A stretch of 63,232 bases of DNA, filler included, from Chiloscyllium plagiosum (taxonomy: Eukaryota): assembly GCF_004010195.1 (NCBI RefSeq). It is 7 parts of one record of this genome, joined end to end, with 100 filler letters (N's around TTAATTAATTAA, not from the genome) between each part and the next. Parts side by side here need not be neighbours in the genome. Positions count along the whole stretch, not along the records: positions 30,637 to 43,094 come from NC_057717.1; positions 43,195 to 50,412 come from NC_057717.1; 5 more parts are not named here. The stretch is one strand, 5' to 3'. A program made the position numbers and the translations under genes. Each line of letters opens with the position of its first letter. Position 1 is the first letter of the stretch. The notes under the pieces are model-generated. The model saw only the letters and a list, made by a program, of their open reading frames with translations, was not told the DNA's origin and made no database searches. Of the stretch, positions 36,095 to 49,285 are shown one piece after another.

Positions 36095-36904
36095 CTCGTG
36101 AGTCTGCGGTCCTATGATCTTCTGGGATAACGACAAGTTTCGTATTAACACTTCTGTTTTGTTATGAGAAGGGAATTGCTGGGAATCTAACTATGTGAAG
36201 CACCTTGTGTGAGAGTGATGCACTCTGAATGGTGTACAGTGACAAAGATAATTCTGAGACTGTGGATTAAAATCTAAACGGACAAACCTATCATGGCATG
36301 AGACAAAATAATTTGGGAAGATCACATAAAACGATGAAAAATAATTGAAAAAGCCCTTGGAGGAACTGTGACTGTTGTTCCTTCCTGTCAGGCACAACAT
36401 AAAACGGGAAAGGTGGCCCTGCTTTGGCTCACAAAGAATATGAGTGATAGAAGTGAATCCAACTAAGAGGCGTATCCACCGGCTAAAAAGAGCAGCATAC
36501 AAGTTAATTGGAAGCAGTTCAGACTGCAACAAAAGAAGACGAAAGGATTCCTGAAGATGGAAATATAAACCTTGAAGGTAAGCTTGAGCTTAACACCCAA
36601 ATTAATTTTCAAAGCTTCCAAAAGTATATGAAGAGAAAAAATGTCATAAAACAAATTCCTTACAGTCAAGCAGGCGAAGTTATAATGTGGAATGAGGGAA
36701 TGGCACAAGAAATAATTTCATATCTGGTTATGTCAGCACAAACGATGACAAAAAGATGTCGCTAACATGTTAGGGAATAGATAAGAGGGAGGAACTGAAG
36801 GAAACCCGTAATGGCAGGAAAGTGATCTCTGGGAAATTGGTGTCATTTACAGTGAAAACATCACGTTACCTGTTAATTGGTAACTGAATACATCAACTAT
36901 TTAA

Positions 36905-37770
36905 GGGGGATAAAGTGAGGACTGCTGATGCTGGATATCGAAGTCAAGAGTGCGGCATCACATGGCAAAATCGAGACCAGTGCAAGCTTCCCCACACAAA
37001 AACTCAATCACTGCCCAGCACCAACCTACCCACCCCAAAAAGCACCTTCCCCTGCTACCTCAAGAATTGTAAATCCTGCGCCCATACCTCCCGATCACCT
37101 ATGTCCAAGGCCCAAAAAAGCCTTCTAAATTCGTCAGAGATTTACCTGCATTTCGAGACATGTGATTTACTGTATTCATTTCTCCCACTACGGTCTCCTC
37201 TACATTGAGAAGACAGGCCACCTGCGTACAGAACGCTTCAGAGAACATCTGTGGGACTCCCGCACCAACCAACCGTACCACCGTGTGACCGAACACTTAT
37301 ACAACCCGCTCCCACTCGGCCAAGGACATGAAGGTTCTGGGCCTCCCCATTGCCAAGTCCTACCAAAGAACGCCTGTCGGGAGAATGCTTCATCTTCCAC
37401 CTTAGGCCCATTCAATCTCACGGGATTAATGTGAATTGCAACAATTTCCTAAATGCCCCTCCACCCCCCACCTTATCCCAAATCCAATCTTCGAACTCGG
37501 CAACTCCCTCATCACCTGCCCCACAATGTCGAAATTCCTTCTCAACTATCCACTCCACCATCCTCTCTGACCTGTCCCATCATTCCCACCTTCATCTCCC
37601 TATTGCACTTTCAGCTCCCATGCCCCGGAACCAGCCCCTTTCAAATATCTTACACTGTCTTGGCTCACCAGACTCATTCCTGGTGAAGGCATTTCGCTCG
37701 AAACGTCAATTCTTCTGCTTATCGGATTCTGCCTGAGCAGATGTTTCTTTGCAGCACCACAGTCGACAGC
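36905..37770 (+). mobile_element. Penelope-like (Neptune-type) element with decayed Cys-finger plus GIY-YIG endonuclease
   Basis: FPCYLKNCKSCAH...VIYCIHFSHYGLLYIEKTGHLRTERFREHL; family terminus AAAGTGAGGACTGCTGATGCTGG at ~36912; degenerate hammerhead cctggtgaaggc..gaaacgtc at ~37679-37708. Confidence 0.8.
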
Positions 37771-38269
37771 AATGATTTAACTCAATAACCTTTGATTTCA
37801 GCCCCATGCACACCAAAGACAGATTAACAAATAGTGAAGCGATAACTTAAACGAAAACAAGACAAACTGATCCAAGGATAACGGCGTGTTAGTACAAAGA
37901 AGCCTGAGGCTCTTCGCGGCTTCAATCACGGCGCGTAAAAATATTTGTTTGGGGAGAGAGTCCTGCTCACACCAATCATGAAACCTGTATAGCTCCGTAC
38001 GCTACCCTCCACTTCAACCTTCACTCGCCACCTGTGACGGGAGAGACCAACATTTCTGTCTGGTGATAAATTGTGGTGTGCATGCTCATAATCGACATTG
38101 TTTTCCTGCTCCTGCAAGCTGCCCACCGCCATGGTGATGTGGCACAGTCATCAGTAAGCAAACGGGGCTAGTGGCACAGGGACGGAGAAGAGTCGCTGAC
38201 TAAACAGGAAAAAAGGGCAGGATCGAGCCTCACTCTCCGTGAGTGCGAGTTAAGCCGCGAGCGAGATGT

Positions 38270-38590
38270 CAGGCTCGCTGAGTCATTGATCATTACTGTT
38301 TTGTCACAGCGCTGAGGACCCAGATTCAATTTCAGCTTCTGGCAACTGTCTGTGTGGGGTTTACAGATTCGCACTGTGCTGCATGGTTTTTTTTTCAGGG
38401 TACTCCATGATCCTCGGACAGTCCAAAGCTGTGCAGGGTAGGTGAATTTGCTGGGCTAAATTGTCCTTAGAGTTCAGTTTTATGTGGGTTTGATGCATTA
38501 GACTGAGATAAATAGAGAATATTAGGATATGAGGATTGCTCTGACTGGTTCACGCTTGGGAGCAAAGAGCCTGTTTGCATTCTGCTGGGA
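38270..38590 (+). mobile_element. Old degenerate HE1-type SINE
   Basis: tcacagcgctgaggacccagattcaatt...gtccaaagctgtgcagggtaggtgaatt..gctaaattgtcc matches the SINE consensus seen at 19661-19972. Confidence 0.7.
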
Positions 38591-41249
38591 TTTTTAAAGA
38601 TGGAATTGTCACATATTCTTCGGTACAGGTTATGAGAGAAAAGTGGAAAATGTCCCCACACACAGCAGCATCTTTGGAACACTGTGTCCATTAACAAATC
38701 TTTGCTGCAGAAGTTTGAGAAGAAACAAATTATTTCTCAAAAGAAAAAGTTGAAGAAAGAAATAGATTTGAAGAAAAAAGCAGTCTATTTTAAACCATCG
38801 GCGTACAAATTCTCCAAGTTGGGCATTCCGCAAAATTGTTCGAACTTCCCCGCCGTGATCATGCGTTCCCACGTTGGGCAAACATGCACCTGTTTTCTAC
38901 CAGCTGACCTCACTGCTGACTGCTGCTGCCGAACCTCAATGGTTCCACTATACCTCAGCACTTCAATCATCCTTTGCTGTCAATAGCACCATCCGGGCAC
39001 ATGCTCGGCCAATTCTGCTGCCATCCCCATGAAGCTTCCTTTCACCCTTTGTCTGCCCATCCATTCAATTTGATCACTGCTGTTCTGATAAATTTCACCT
39101 CTGCTCTCCTGTTGTTCTTCCGTAATTCGAGGGAATCTCGAACCGAATCCCAACATCATATGAATTTTCGGCTGTTCATGTTACATCAATGACCAGACCA
39201 GGACAAGCTTGCAGGAAATTGAATAACACACAAAAAAAGATTTTTAAAATACCCTTCCAGAAAATTAACCGACTGCAGTGTCAGAATATGAGAAATGTCA
39301 GAGTGCAATGATATTTCGTCCATTTCACAATGCACAGATACTCCTAGGTTAGCTCAGTTTTTGCAAAATGTTTATTTATGATTGTAACAATTCCCTGGGG
39401 CAGATCCTCCCTCAATCCACAAAAATGTCTGCTGCGGAAAGCTCTTTTAGTTCAGATTAAAATGGCTCAGGATACTTTCCACCAACCCAATGTTTCCTGC
39501 GCCCTGTCAATTCAAGTGTTTCCAGATTAGGTTAGACCTCCCAGCCGCTTCTCCCACTGCTCCCTATTCCATGTCAAAAGTGTTTGCTCCAGCCTAGTTT
39601 GGAGCTCCCAGCCTGGGAGTTTCACGCGCCTCTCTGCCTTCATAGAAGGACTGCATGCTCACGGACTTTGTCACTGGCAGAAAGAGTAAAGATTCACGCG
39701 TTCATTCCACTCCCAATTTCCGATCGGATCTTCGCCACTGCGCCACTAAATTTCTCTGCTTCCAGACCTTGGAACAGGTGTGATGTGAGTGTTCAGCAGT
39801 AGTTACTACCTTGTCCTGCAGCACTAGTAACGTACCGATGTGAAACTTGGTTGTGATTGAAAACGACATTTGAACAATTTGTGTACTATCACCTGTATAT
39901 TTCATCTTTTCTAGAAATCTATCAAACTCATTCTTCAACATTCTCAATGATGGAGTCTCCACAGCCACTGAGGACATCGAGGATGACGATACAACGCAAT
40001 CCTCTTGTGCATGTGGTGCTTTTTCTCGCCAATATCAGCCATTGTATTTATTGCTTTTACTGTTAGGTTTTTTCATGTGATCGTATCGTGGTTCGTCCTC
40101 TGCATTGCGGGCGAAGCAACGTCCATGCAAATCCGAGTATCAGTAATGCGCATTTGTTCCATGTTACACCATCTAACCTGTGCAAAACAAACGCAGAAAG
40201 GAAACAAACAATTTTTAAGTAGGAAATACTCTCTAAGGTGATGATTTTATTGCTTCAAACTTTATCTGCACCCAATTTCGGAGAATTTTCTCCCTTTCAC
40301 AATCACTATTCTTCCTTTCCATCACTCCTCCTATGTCACTGAGGCATTGCACAAACTAACATTTACTTTCACATTGACACCGTCAAGTTAGTGCTGCAGC
40401 TGTCACTTTTGTTAGGTGAACTTGCCCCAATACCACCATGAGGACCTTTAAACTAATTTATGCAATCAGATAATGTGTTTCGGTTATCAATCCTTATGGA
40501 TAGTGTTTGATTTGCATGGACCAGAGTTCATTGGAGCACTGAAAAGGACACAGAATGGTATCGAGGGAAAGAGACTTTTTTTTGGAAAAGACCAATGTTT
40601 GTGAAGTCCCCACATTTATTTCAAGTCTTTATTCGTCTCTTGCGAGAATATTATGTGCAATTCTGCAATTCACATAAAAGAAGCGATATGACAGCTGTGC
40701 AAACGGTGCAGCAGTGATTTGCGAATATGTTGTCTGGATTGACGAACTTCAGCTGTGAAAGAGTTTAGACAGACTGGCCTTGTTTTTGCGAGAGCAGGAG
40801 AGATTGAGAGGAGACGGTATTGAGATGTAGGAAATAAGGAGGGGTATGGATTGGGTACACTTAACGAAAATTTTCCGTCTGATGGAGGGATCAATCAAAA
40901 GGTAGCCATAGATTTAAGATAAGAGTCATAAAAGTTCGAGTAGCTGTACCTAAAAAACTTTATCAGCCAGCGAGTGGTTGGAATCTGGACATCACTGTCC
41001 CTATGTGTCAGAGTGGCAGAAATTCTGATAACCTTCGGAGATATTTAATTGTGAATTTGTAATGCTTAAGGCATACAATGTTAAATGATGGAAAATGGGA
41101 TGAATCAAGCAGGTTTTCTTGACCTGAATATGCACAAGTAGCTTGCAGTGTCAGTTAGCTCTGACAGCCACCGTGTGGCGCTTAGTAACCTGAGTTGTCA
41201 CATGGGAGGCCAGGGTTCATTTTCCCGCTGGGGCGACTCTGATTGTTTC

Positions 41250-42040
41250 AGGGTTTCAAGGTTTGGGGAAAGATCTATAGTTCCGGCGAAGGGTGCAGAT
41301 GGTGTGGGGGTGTTCGGTGGTTTTGGGAAGTTGGTTTGCAGCCGTTTCCTCCCCTTTCTCGGTGATATCCTCAAGGCAGATGAAACTCCTGTGAAGCCCT
41401 GCTGTCCTGCGGCGTTTCGAATTGGTTTGATTTCCTTTCCACTGCTTTCAGTTGCCGGTTCTTGTCGTTCTTTGCATGTCCCAGTATGTTGGGTCCAGAT
41501 CAACATGCTTTTGGATGGAGTCATTGGATGAGTCTCTTCATTCTAGAAATTCTCTGGCTGCACTCTAATTAGGTTGTCCTATTATTTATGTGTTGTCCCA
41601 GTCAAATTTGCTGCCCTCGTCATCGCTGTGCCTTGGTACTCGGACCATCTGGTTGTGTTGTTTACTGGACCCTCCAGAAATACTTTGCAACAACAGATAT
41701 TCCCGCAGATTCCTTGCCAAGAACAACGCGAGGAGGACATGCCATGACTCAACACACCAAGCACTCTACATTATAGGTACAAAAATGTCTCGGCACGTAT
41801 AGCCAGATTCCTCTGAAGACTCGGATTTATGAGACAACATAAATCAAAAGCCACGTTTGACAACAACTCACCAAAAAATGGACCCAATACCCCTCATCTG
41901 CAGGACAAATTTGGACAAACAATGTTGCACGCAGTAACTGCAGGAAACATTATACAGGACAGACAACTCAGGATAAGCATTCATGAAGATCAACTTGATA
42001 CGAAACACCACTACCAGGTGTCCTGAGTAGGTTGACTCAT
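41250..42040. mobile_element. Old Penelope-like (Poseidon-type) element with internal inversion
   Basis: Minus ~41330-41600 reads AAREFLE...DSIQKHVDLDPTY. Plus ~41600-42040 reads KNVSARIARFL*RLG...ISIHEDQLDTKHH. Both are homologous to the 61124-61868 ORF. Confidence 0.7.
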
Positions 42041-42544
42041 GACACTGAGTGTCGCTGATTCCGTGGCTGGAAGCTCGGATTGTGTGAGAGTCTGCAGCAA
42101 AGGAGAGTGAGTTGCTGGAAAAGTACAGCAGGTTCGGCAGCATCCAAGAAGCAGGAGAATGGACGTTTCTGATTTGAATACTAAATCAGGCATTCGGCCA
42201 AAACGTCGATTATCCTGCTCCTCGGATGCTGCCCATTGGGACGATCCAAGTCTTTTCTAAATTTTCGATGCGACTATTAATTTCAGTTATTTTTCTTTCC
42301 TGGGAAACAATCTCTTTCATTGTTAGCACTCGGAAAGGAAGCCATCCTTTTTGTCAGGGAAAGAATATGATACTAAACCTTGTTTGTGCCATGTATAAGA
42401 TTCCTCTGTATCAGTGGTGCTGGAAGAGCACAGCAATTCAGGCAGCATCCGAGGACAGGCAAAATCGACGTTTCGGGCAAAAGCCCTTCATCAGGAATAA
42501 AGGCAGAGAGCCTGAAGCGTGGAGAGATAAGCTAGAGGAGGGGT

Positions 42545-43094
42545 TGCTGAACAAAGAGACCTTGGAATGCAGGTTCATAGTTCCATGAAAGTAGAGTTGC
42601 AGGTAGATAGGATAGTGAAGGCAGTGCTTCGTATGCTTTCCTTAATTGGTCAAACCATTGATTATAGGAGTTGAGAGGTCATGTTGCAGCTGTACAGGAC
42701 ATTGGTTAGACCGCTTTTGGAATATTGTGCGCAATTCTGGTCTCCTTCCTATCGGAAGGATGTTGTGAAACTTGAAAGGGTTCAGAAAAGATTTACAAGG
42801 ATGTTGCCAGGGATGGAGAATTTGAGCTTTAGGGAGATGCTGAATAGGCTGGGGCTGTTTTTCCTTGAGCATCAGAGGCGGAGGGGTGACCTTATAGAGG
42901 TTTATAAAATCATGAGAGGCATGGATAGGATAAATAGACAAAGTCTTTTCCCTGGTGTGGGGGAGTCCAGAACTAGAGCGCATAGGTTTAGGGTGAGACA
43001 GGAAAGATTTTAAAGGGAATTAAGGGGCAACTTTTTCCACATAGAGGGTGGTGCGTGTGTGGAATGAGCTGGCAGAGGAAGTGGTAGAGGCTGG
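42545..43094 (+). mobile_element. CR1 LINE 3' RT fragment, preceded by Penelope terminal-repeat pieces at 42090-42235 and 42413-42545
   Basis: MLQLYRTLVRPLLEYCAQFWSPSYRKDVVKLERVQKRFTRMLPG. Confidence 0.9.
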
Positions 43095-43193
43095 NNNNNN
43101 NNNNNNNNNNNNNNNNNNNNNNNNNNNNNNNNNNNNNNTTAATTAATTAANNNNNNNNNNNNNNNNNNNNNNNNNNNNNNNNNNNNNNNNNNN

Positions 43194-44240
43194 NGTGTCA
43201 ATAGTAGAGAGACAGTGGAGTAAATCTGTTCTCCCCTGTTTCCGCGACAGAGAGACTGCGGGGTCAATCTGTTCTCCCCCGGGTTAGTGACAGACAAATG
43301 TTTGTGTCAGTTTGTCATCTCCTGGGTTTGTGACGCACAGGCAGTGGGGTCAGTTTGTCATTGAGACAGACAAAGTCTGTTCTCCACGGAATATTGGGTC
43401 AGTCTGGTCTCCTAGGTGCCAACAGCTTGGGCTACTGTAACGAATAGTGTTGGGTGGCTCTTTAGGTTAAATGTTAGGTTGAGCCTGAGACGTAAGGGGC
43501 AAAGAGTGAAAACAGTGTACTGGGATGCTGCCTCTTTTAAATAGATGATGCATAACCAGACACGACAAAAATCTCTGAGCAGCGAAAACTGAAGGGAGAC
43601 TTGATAGAAGTTTTGAAAAACATGAAATGCTTTGATAGGATTGACAGGCGAAATTTATTTTTTCCCAGAGTGGCATGTCTAAAACTGGGGAGCATTTATT
43701 TACTGTTAAAGTGGAAACGTCAAAGCTGATGTGAGGGGCATGATTTCCACACACAGAGTGGTAAGCGAGTGGTATGAGCTGTCGTGGGGTGGTGGTGGTG
43801 GAGGCAGACTGGGTATGGGAATTGAAAAGACTTTTAGATAAGCACATGAGTATGTGAGAAATGGAGTGATATGTAGCAAAGTCAGACAGAACGCTTTAGT
43901 TTACTTTGGTATCATGATCGGCGCAACATCCTGGGCTGAAGAGCCCTTAAATGTGCTGGACTGTTCTGTGCTGAATAGTAGACACACAGTGGGATCAGTC
44001 TACTTTCCCCTCGGTCAGTGACAGTGACATTGGTTCAGTCTCTTCTCCCCAGGTAAAATAGACAGACACAGTAGAATCAGGTTACTCTTCTCATGGTCAT
44101 TGATAGAGATGTTGTGCAGTTTGTTCTCACCAGTTTCAGTGACAGCGACATTTCTTGTCCACTTGTTCTGTTAGAGTGCCTGAATAAAATCATATCATTG
44201 GACAGTGGGGTCAGAGTAGAAATGAATACTGTCTCCGTCC
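43194..44240. repeat. Degenerate ~39-bp minisatellite split by a CR1 3' fragment (~43530-43975)
   Basis: Recurrent acagacagtggggtcagtctgttctccc..gggt.agtg units at 43194-43420 and 43975-44240. Confidence 0.65.
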
Positions 44241-44604
44241 TGTGAGCTTAATCATGCTTCCACGTTTCTGTATCTCTGTGAGTCATCACATACTTTGAAT
44301 GCGTGCATTGTATCCCAGGTGGAAGGGTGAGAAGAGGAGCAGAAGGAAAAGTCTGTCGTGGGTTGGAGGGCAGGAGTGACTTAAATGACAGAGAGACAAG
44401 AATGACGAAAATATTATAACGACCATAATGGAGGTAAAATGAGAGAGGCAAAGAAAAATGTAGATATGATGACAGGACCCTCACGAAATATAATCGAAAA
44501 GCAAACAACATATGAGAAAATGCTGAGAAGACGTAACAAAGTGAGGGACTCTGTCATATCCCCATGACAGTTTATAGGATGAATCGTTACTGTCGGATTC
44601 TCAA

Positions 44605-45150
44605 TGAATTCTGTTTGATTTCTCATCATTACGTAGAATATGGTCATTTACTCTCAGTTTTAAAGTAATACTAATCCAGGGTGATATTCCAAGCTCAATT
44701 TACAGGGAAAGCGTTTTACAGTTACCTGCCCTGTTTGGAAATCTTTTCTCCTGATTTTCTTGGATAATTTTTAAGCAATTCATCGTATTGCAGTGATGAA
44801 TAGAATCTGCATTAAAATCAAGGGTCACTGGAATGAGAAACTTTGTGAATGAGAGATGGAAAAGGGAGGAAGAATAATAATTTTATAGTTCTCTCTCTTC
44901 GTCAGTTTCGGCGTGCTTTGGTTGACATATTCTGTGAGTTTGGTGGTTACAAGTCTGTGACAAAGATATTATTAACGAGGTGACTTCAGAAAGACTGATC
45001 ATATCGCACTTGAAACGGCAATATCTCAAGTTTCTAAGGTATATTCTAAACCCAATTTATTTGTGCAGCAACCCAGAGCAATTTCACAGTAGAGCTGAAG
45101 AAATGTGATGAAATATCTATGAAAACACACACTCAGATCATTTGCTAAAA
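44605..45150 (+). pseudogene. Decayed GPR139/GPR142-like GPCR pseudogene (TM3 remnant, TM5-TM7)
   Basis: Reconstructed across stops and frameshifts: SV*F..; FLLIFLDNF*AIHRIAVMNRICIKIKGHWNEKLCE*EMEKGGRIIIL*FSLFVSFGVLWLT; LKFL..NPIY; AATQSNFTVELKK. Collinear with FILILLLNMFTVRYIL..DTEMESRRKSIVLLFVISGNFILLWST..AVVQKNFRQQL of the 51.4-kb receptor. Confidence 0.8.
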
Positions 45151-46109
45151 GTATGTACAAGACAAATCTATTTCAGCAGACTAATCTTGTAGCTGAGTCT
45201 CAATGTCATTGTTTTCTCTCCATTACACGTTAAGACTGTACAAAATACGGGTTTCATTTTCATTCCTTAGAATTGTTATGAAACATTTGTTTCAGCCCTA
45301 GCAGTTCCTTACACTTTATTTTTGCCAGTTTACAAATAGTCTATTCCGTCAATTTGATAAGTTTAAAAAAATGTGGACCAAAATCAAAAGCAAATGCTTA
45401 CAGCGAGATTGACTGAAATATAAATAGTCAACAGAGGAATCCACGACCGATACTTGGAACCAATATGGCAGCTTGATTTTCAAATACTTAGTTTAAAAAT
45501 AATCAATGATCTTGCCGTCTTGAAAATCTCCTGGACCTTTTTTTTGCAACTATTTCACGTTAGTCACCTCATCATTGCTCAAAACTCCACTTTGAGGAAA
45601 ATAATCTGATCTTCCAATGTGAAGGACAGGTCTGTAGTCAATAATGCTAGTGGGAGTAGGGGGTCCTGTGAAATTTACAGAAAAGGGAGGAATTATCAAA
45701 AAAGGGCATCGTCTCATTGAATGGTGGAGCAGACATGTCGACTGAATCATTTACTTCTGCTGTTACATCTTGTGGTGTTTGCTTCTTATGGTGATCTTTG
45801 TTCCACAGGAGAAAATCTTTCACAATCGATCTGCCAAATGACACACATTAATAGTTTTGCCTAAGCTATTTCTTATCATTGTGGTTTTATATTTGTTAGT
45901 GATTAACTAATTGTGCACACAAAATTACGGTAAAGCTATAAATAAATTGGAGAAAATGATGTAGAGCCTTCCATTTGTGGGGGAGTTAATGCGTAAACAC
46001 ACAAAGTTTTAGCTTCATTTTATGTTCTTCTGTCTGTATCGATCGACATGTAATGCATTCACAATGCCCCAACTGAGTGATACTTTCAAACACAACGATC
46101 CCGAATCTG

Positions 46110-46520
46110 TCATTAAAATAATTGTTTGATATGTCGAATTAAGCAATCAGCCAGACTATTTGTACCTTTTTTGAAATAAATAATTGCGCTGACATTTGGA
46201 ACGATGTTAAAAGACAGATTAGTGTTGCAGATTCGATATCGTGAGCCAATTCTTACTCTGTCCACACAATAAAAAAAAAACACCTTACGCTGAAAGACAT
46301 GCGCCCAGATCTTTTGGAAGAGCTGACTCATAGGTTATACAGCCATTGCTGGACAATTAATATATTTATCCAGCGCCTGACCAGGTGCAAATTCAAACAG
46401 ACCTGTGAAATGTAATGAATCTGCATGAAGATAATTCCGGAGAGTACTTGAAAGAACAAAAGTGAACAAAAAATTCCGTTTCAGCAAAAACTCCTTGCAG
46501 CTGATATTGTCTGATGCCAA
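46110..46520 (-). mobile_element. Possible Gypsy RNase H C-terminal remnant
   Basis: IIYFKKGTNSLADCLIR resembles I.HIKG..N..ADCLSR. Confidence 0.4.
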
Positions 46521-46859
46521 ATATACCCTATGATCAATTTGTTGTTTTCAAGCGAATATGCACACGGGCTTTCTGTCATAAACTACAGCACCTGCACTCA
46601 GTATCAGCAGTACCAGGCCATGAGTCATCGACTGGGGTTAAACTGTGCCTGCATGTGTCATCCGCAGTATCAGTTCACTATGCTGGTTGATTGGTGACGT
46701 CCTGAGATAACGTGGTGTTTGCTGCACTGAGATTCCCCTGCAACCGGGCCAATGACAGCTTCATTTGTACACTACCTGGTTAACCAGCGTTTAACTGCAT
46801 CTGTGTCGTGTCCACGTTGTAGATGCCTGCCTCTAAGCTGTACCTCATAACGCAAGGAC

Positions 46860-49285
46860 ATGAGAAAATAGGAGCAGGAGTAAGCCAGTTGGTCAGTTCT
46901 GCCATTCAACAAAATCATGTTTGATCTATCATTGGGCGCAACTCCGCTTAGTCTCCGACTCATGAAAACCCTCACTTACCTTCATGTTCAAAAATCTATC
47001 TATGTTCGCCTTAAAATAAACGTTCGACAATTTCGCCTCAACTGTTTTCACAGGGCACAGAATGCCAAGGCTCACATTTGGCTGAAGGTATTCCTTCACA
47101 CTCAGACCTCAGTCGGCTCCTCCTTATTTTGAGGCTATATCCCCAAATTCTGGTTGCACCCATCAGTGGAAACAACGTTCCTGCCTTTCTTATCGATTCC
47201 CTTCATAATAAACATTTTTATAAGGTACCTCCTTATTCTTCTAAATTCCAGTGAGTCCAGAACTAGTCTCCTCGATTCCTGTTCCAAGCCAATCCTTTGA
47301 ATTCCAGACTTATCGCACTGAACCTCCCCTGCACTCCAGTGCCAGGACATTCTTTCTCAAGTGAGGAGACCAAACAATACAGAGTACTTGAGATGTGGCC
47401 TCACCAGCACACTAATCAACTGCAGTATAACTTCCCTGTTTTTAAACTTGATCTCTCTACTTGCCTTTCAATGACCTGCTGCACATAAAAAAACAAGGTT
47501 TTTTTGTGATAAATGCACAAGCACACCTAGGTTCTTGATTCCAGGCACAGCATTATGCTGCAAATATTCATCATCTTAAAAAAATCCAATTTGCTGTTTT
47601 TCCTATCATAATGAATGACCTCACATCTCCGAACATTACAATTCTGGCTATTCCACAACTGAAAGGATATCATTAAACTGGAAAGACTGCAGAAAAATGC
47701 TTACTTGTAAACATTCCTGAACTGGAAGTTTTTGTTATAAGCAGAGACTGAACAGGTTCCAGCGTTTATTCCTTCGAGCATAAGTGGCAGAGGTGTGACC
47801 TGAAAGATGTCAACAAAATCATGTGAGACATAGATAAGTTAGATGGATAACTAATTTTCCCCGTCATTGGGGAATCTAAAACCAGAGGGCATACTTTGAA
47901 GGTGAGAGGGAAGAGATACAAAAGAATTTGGAGGGCTTCTATTTTCAGCAAGTGTAGCGATTATGAGGAATGTGCTGCCGGAGGTGGTGTTGGAGACGAG
48001 TACAAGTTCATCACTTCGGAAACCTTTGCACATTTACCCGAATGAGAAAGCTACGGGGAGTAACAGGCGACATGGAGGTAAATGGGACAAGTTTAGTTCT
48101 GAAAATTGGGTAGCATGGACAATTAGGGCACAAGTGCCTGATTTCATGCTGTAAATGTCGCTGTCTCTGACTGATGGCTGTGTGAGACCCTTGTGGTTAA
48201 ATTAATCGGATTGAGTGTCTCCAGATTAAACACTGAACCATGTTACCAAACATCCCACAGTATCTGGTCTATTGTTTACCGACAATCAGACAGGCTTGCA
48301 CGTTGAGAGAACATGAGGGAACTGCACACATTAACGCACTGTGTGTGTGGACCTCAGCTTGGTGAAAGCCAGAATTACTTTTAATCATAGGACGCTCCAT
48401 TGTTCTAAGTGCATAGACCACCATCAGCATCGTCACCTTGTCGGATGAATATGGAGGGGGCACCACATTGCGTCTATACTCGTGCTGTACCTATAATACC
48501 TGCATACATACATACATACAGACGTACAGTCGGGAAACACATCTTTGAATCCAACTCGTCCATGATGCCTAGGTATCTGAACGTAATCTTGCCACATTTT
48601 CCAGCACTTCGCCCATATCCCTCGAAACGCTTCGTCTTCATATTCTCATCCACATGCCTTTTAAATGTTGTAATTTTACAAGCCTCCTACACTTTTTCAG
48701 ATAGCTGCTTTCTGACACGCGCCATCTTCTATGTGAAAAAGTTGCCCCTGAGACCCCTTCGAATTTTTCACCTCTCACCCTAAACCCTTTAGTACTGGAC
48801 TCCACCACAACAGTGATCATGGGGGTTCTCGATGCTGAGATTTAATATAAAGTAGGAAAGGTTGACGAGGCTGCGGCTAATTTCCCTGACACTCTGGAGT
48901 CAAATGGTGATTTCATAGAGGTGTATAAAATTATGAAGAACATGGATAGGGTGAGTCGACAAGCTATTTTTCTGACGGTATGGGAGTCCAAAACTAAAGG
49001 GCACAACCTTAAGATGATATGGCAAATACTTAAATGGAACATTTGGGCCAACTGTTTCGTGAAGAGGGTGGTATGTGTGTAGAATGAGCTACAAGAGGAA
49101 GTGGTGGAGGCGGGTCAATTACAACATTTAAAAGTCATCTAGACCAGTATATGAATAGGAATGTTTGACATGGATATGGGCTAAATGCTGGCAAATCTGA
49201 CTAGTTCAGATTTAGATATCTAGTCAATGTGGATGAGTTGGACCGAAGGCCCTGTTTTTGTGTGCATTATGCTATGACTCGATGA
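46860..49285. mobile_element. Cluster of degenerate CR1 3' fragments: - 46860-47640, + 47640-48160, - 48520-48810, + 48840-49285
   Basis: Each carries CR1 3'-end signatures (SLEFRRIR, ESKTRGH.L.VRG, FFT/QRVV..WN.LP..VVE, gaccgaaggccctg). Confidence 0.75.
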
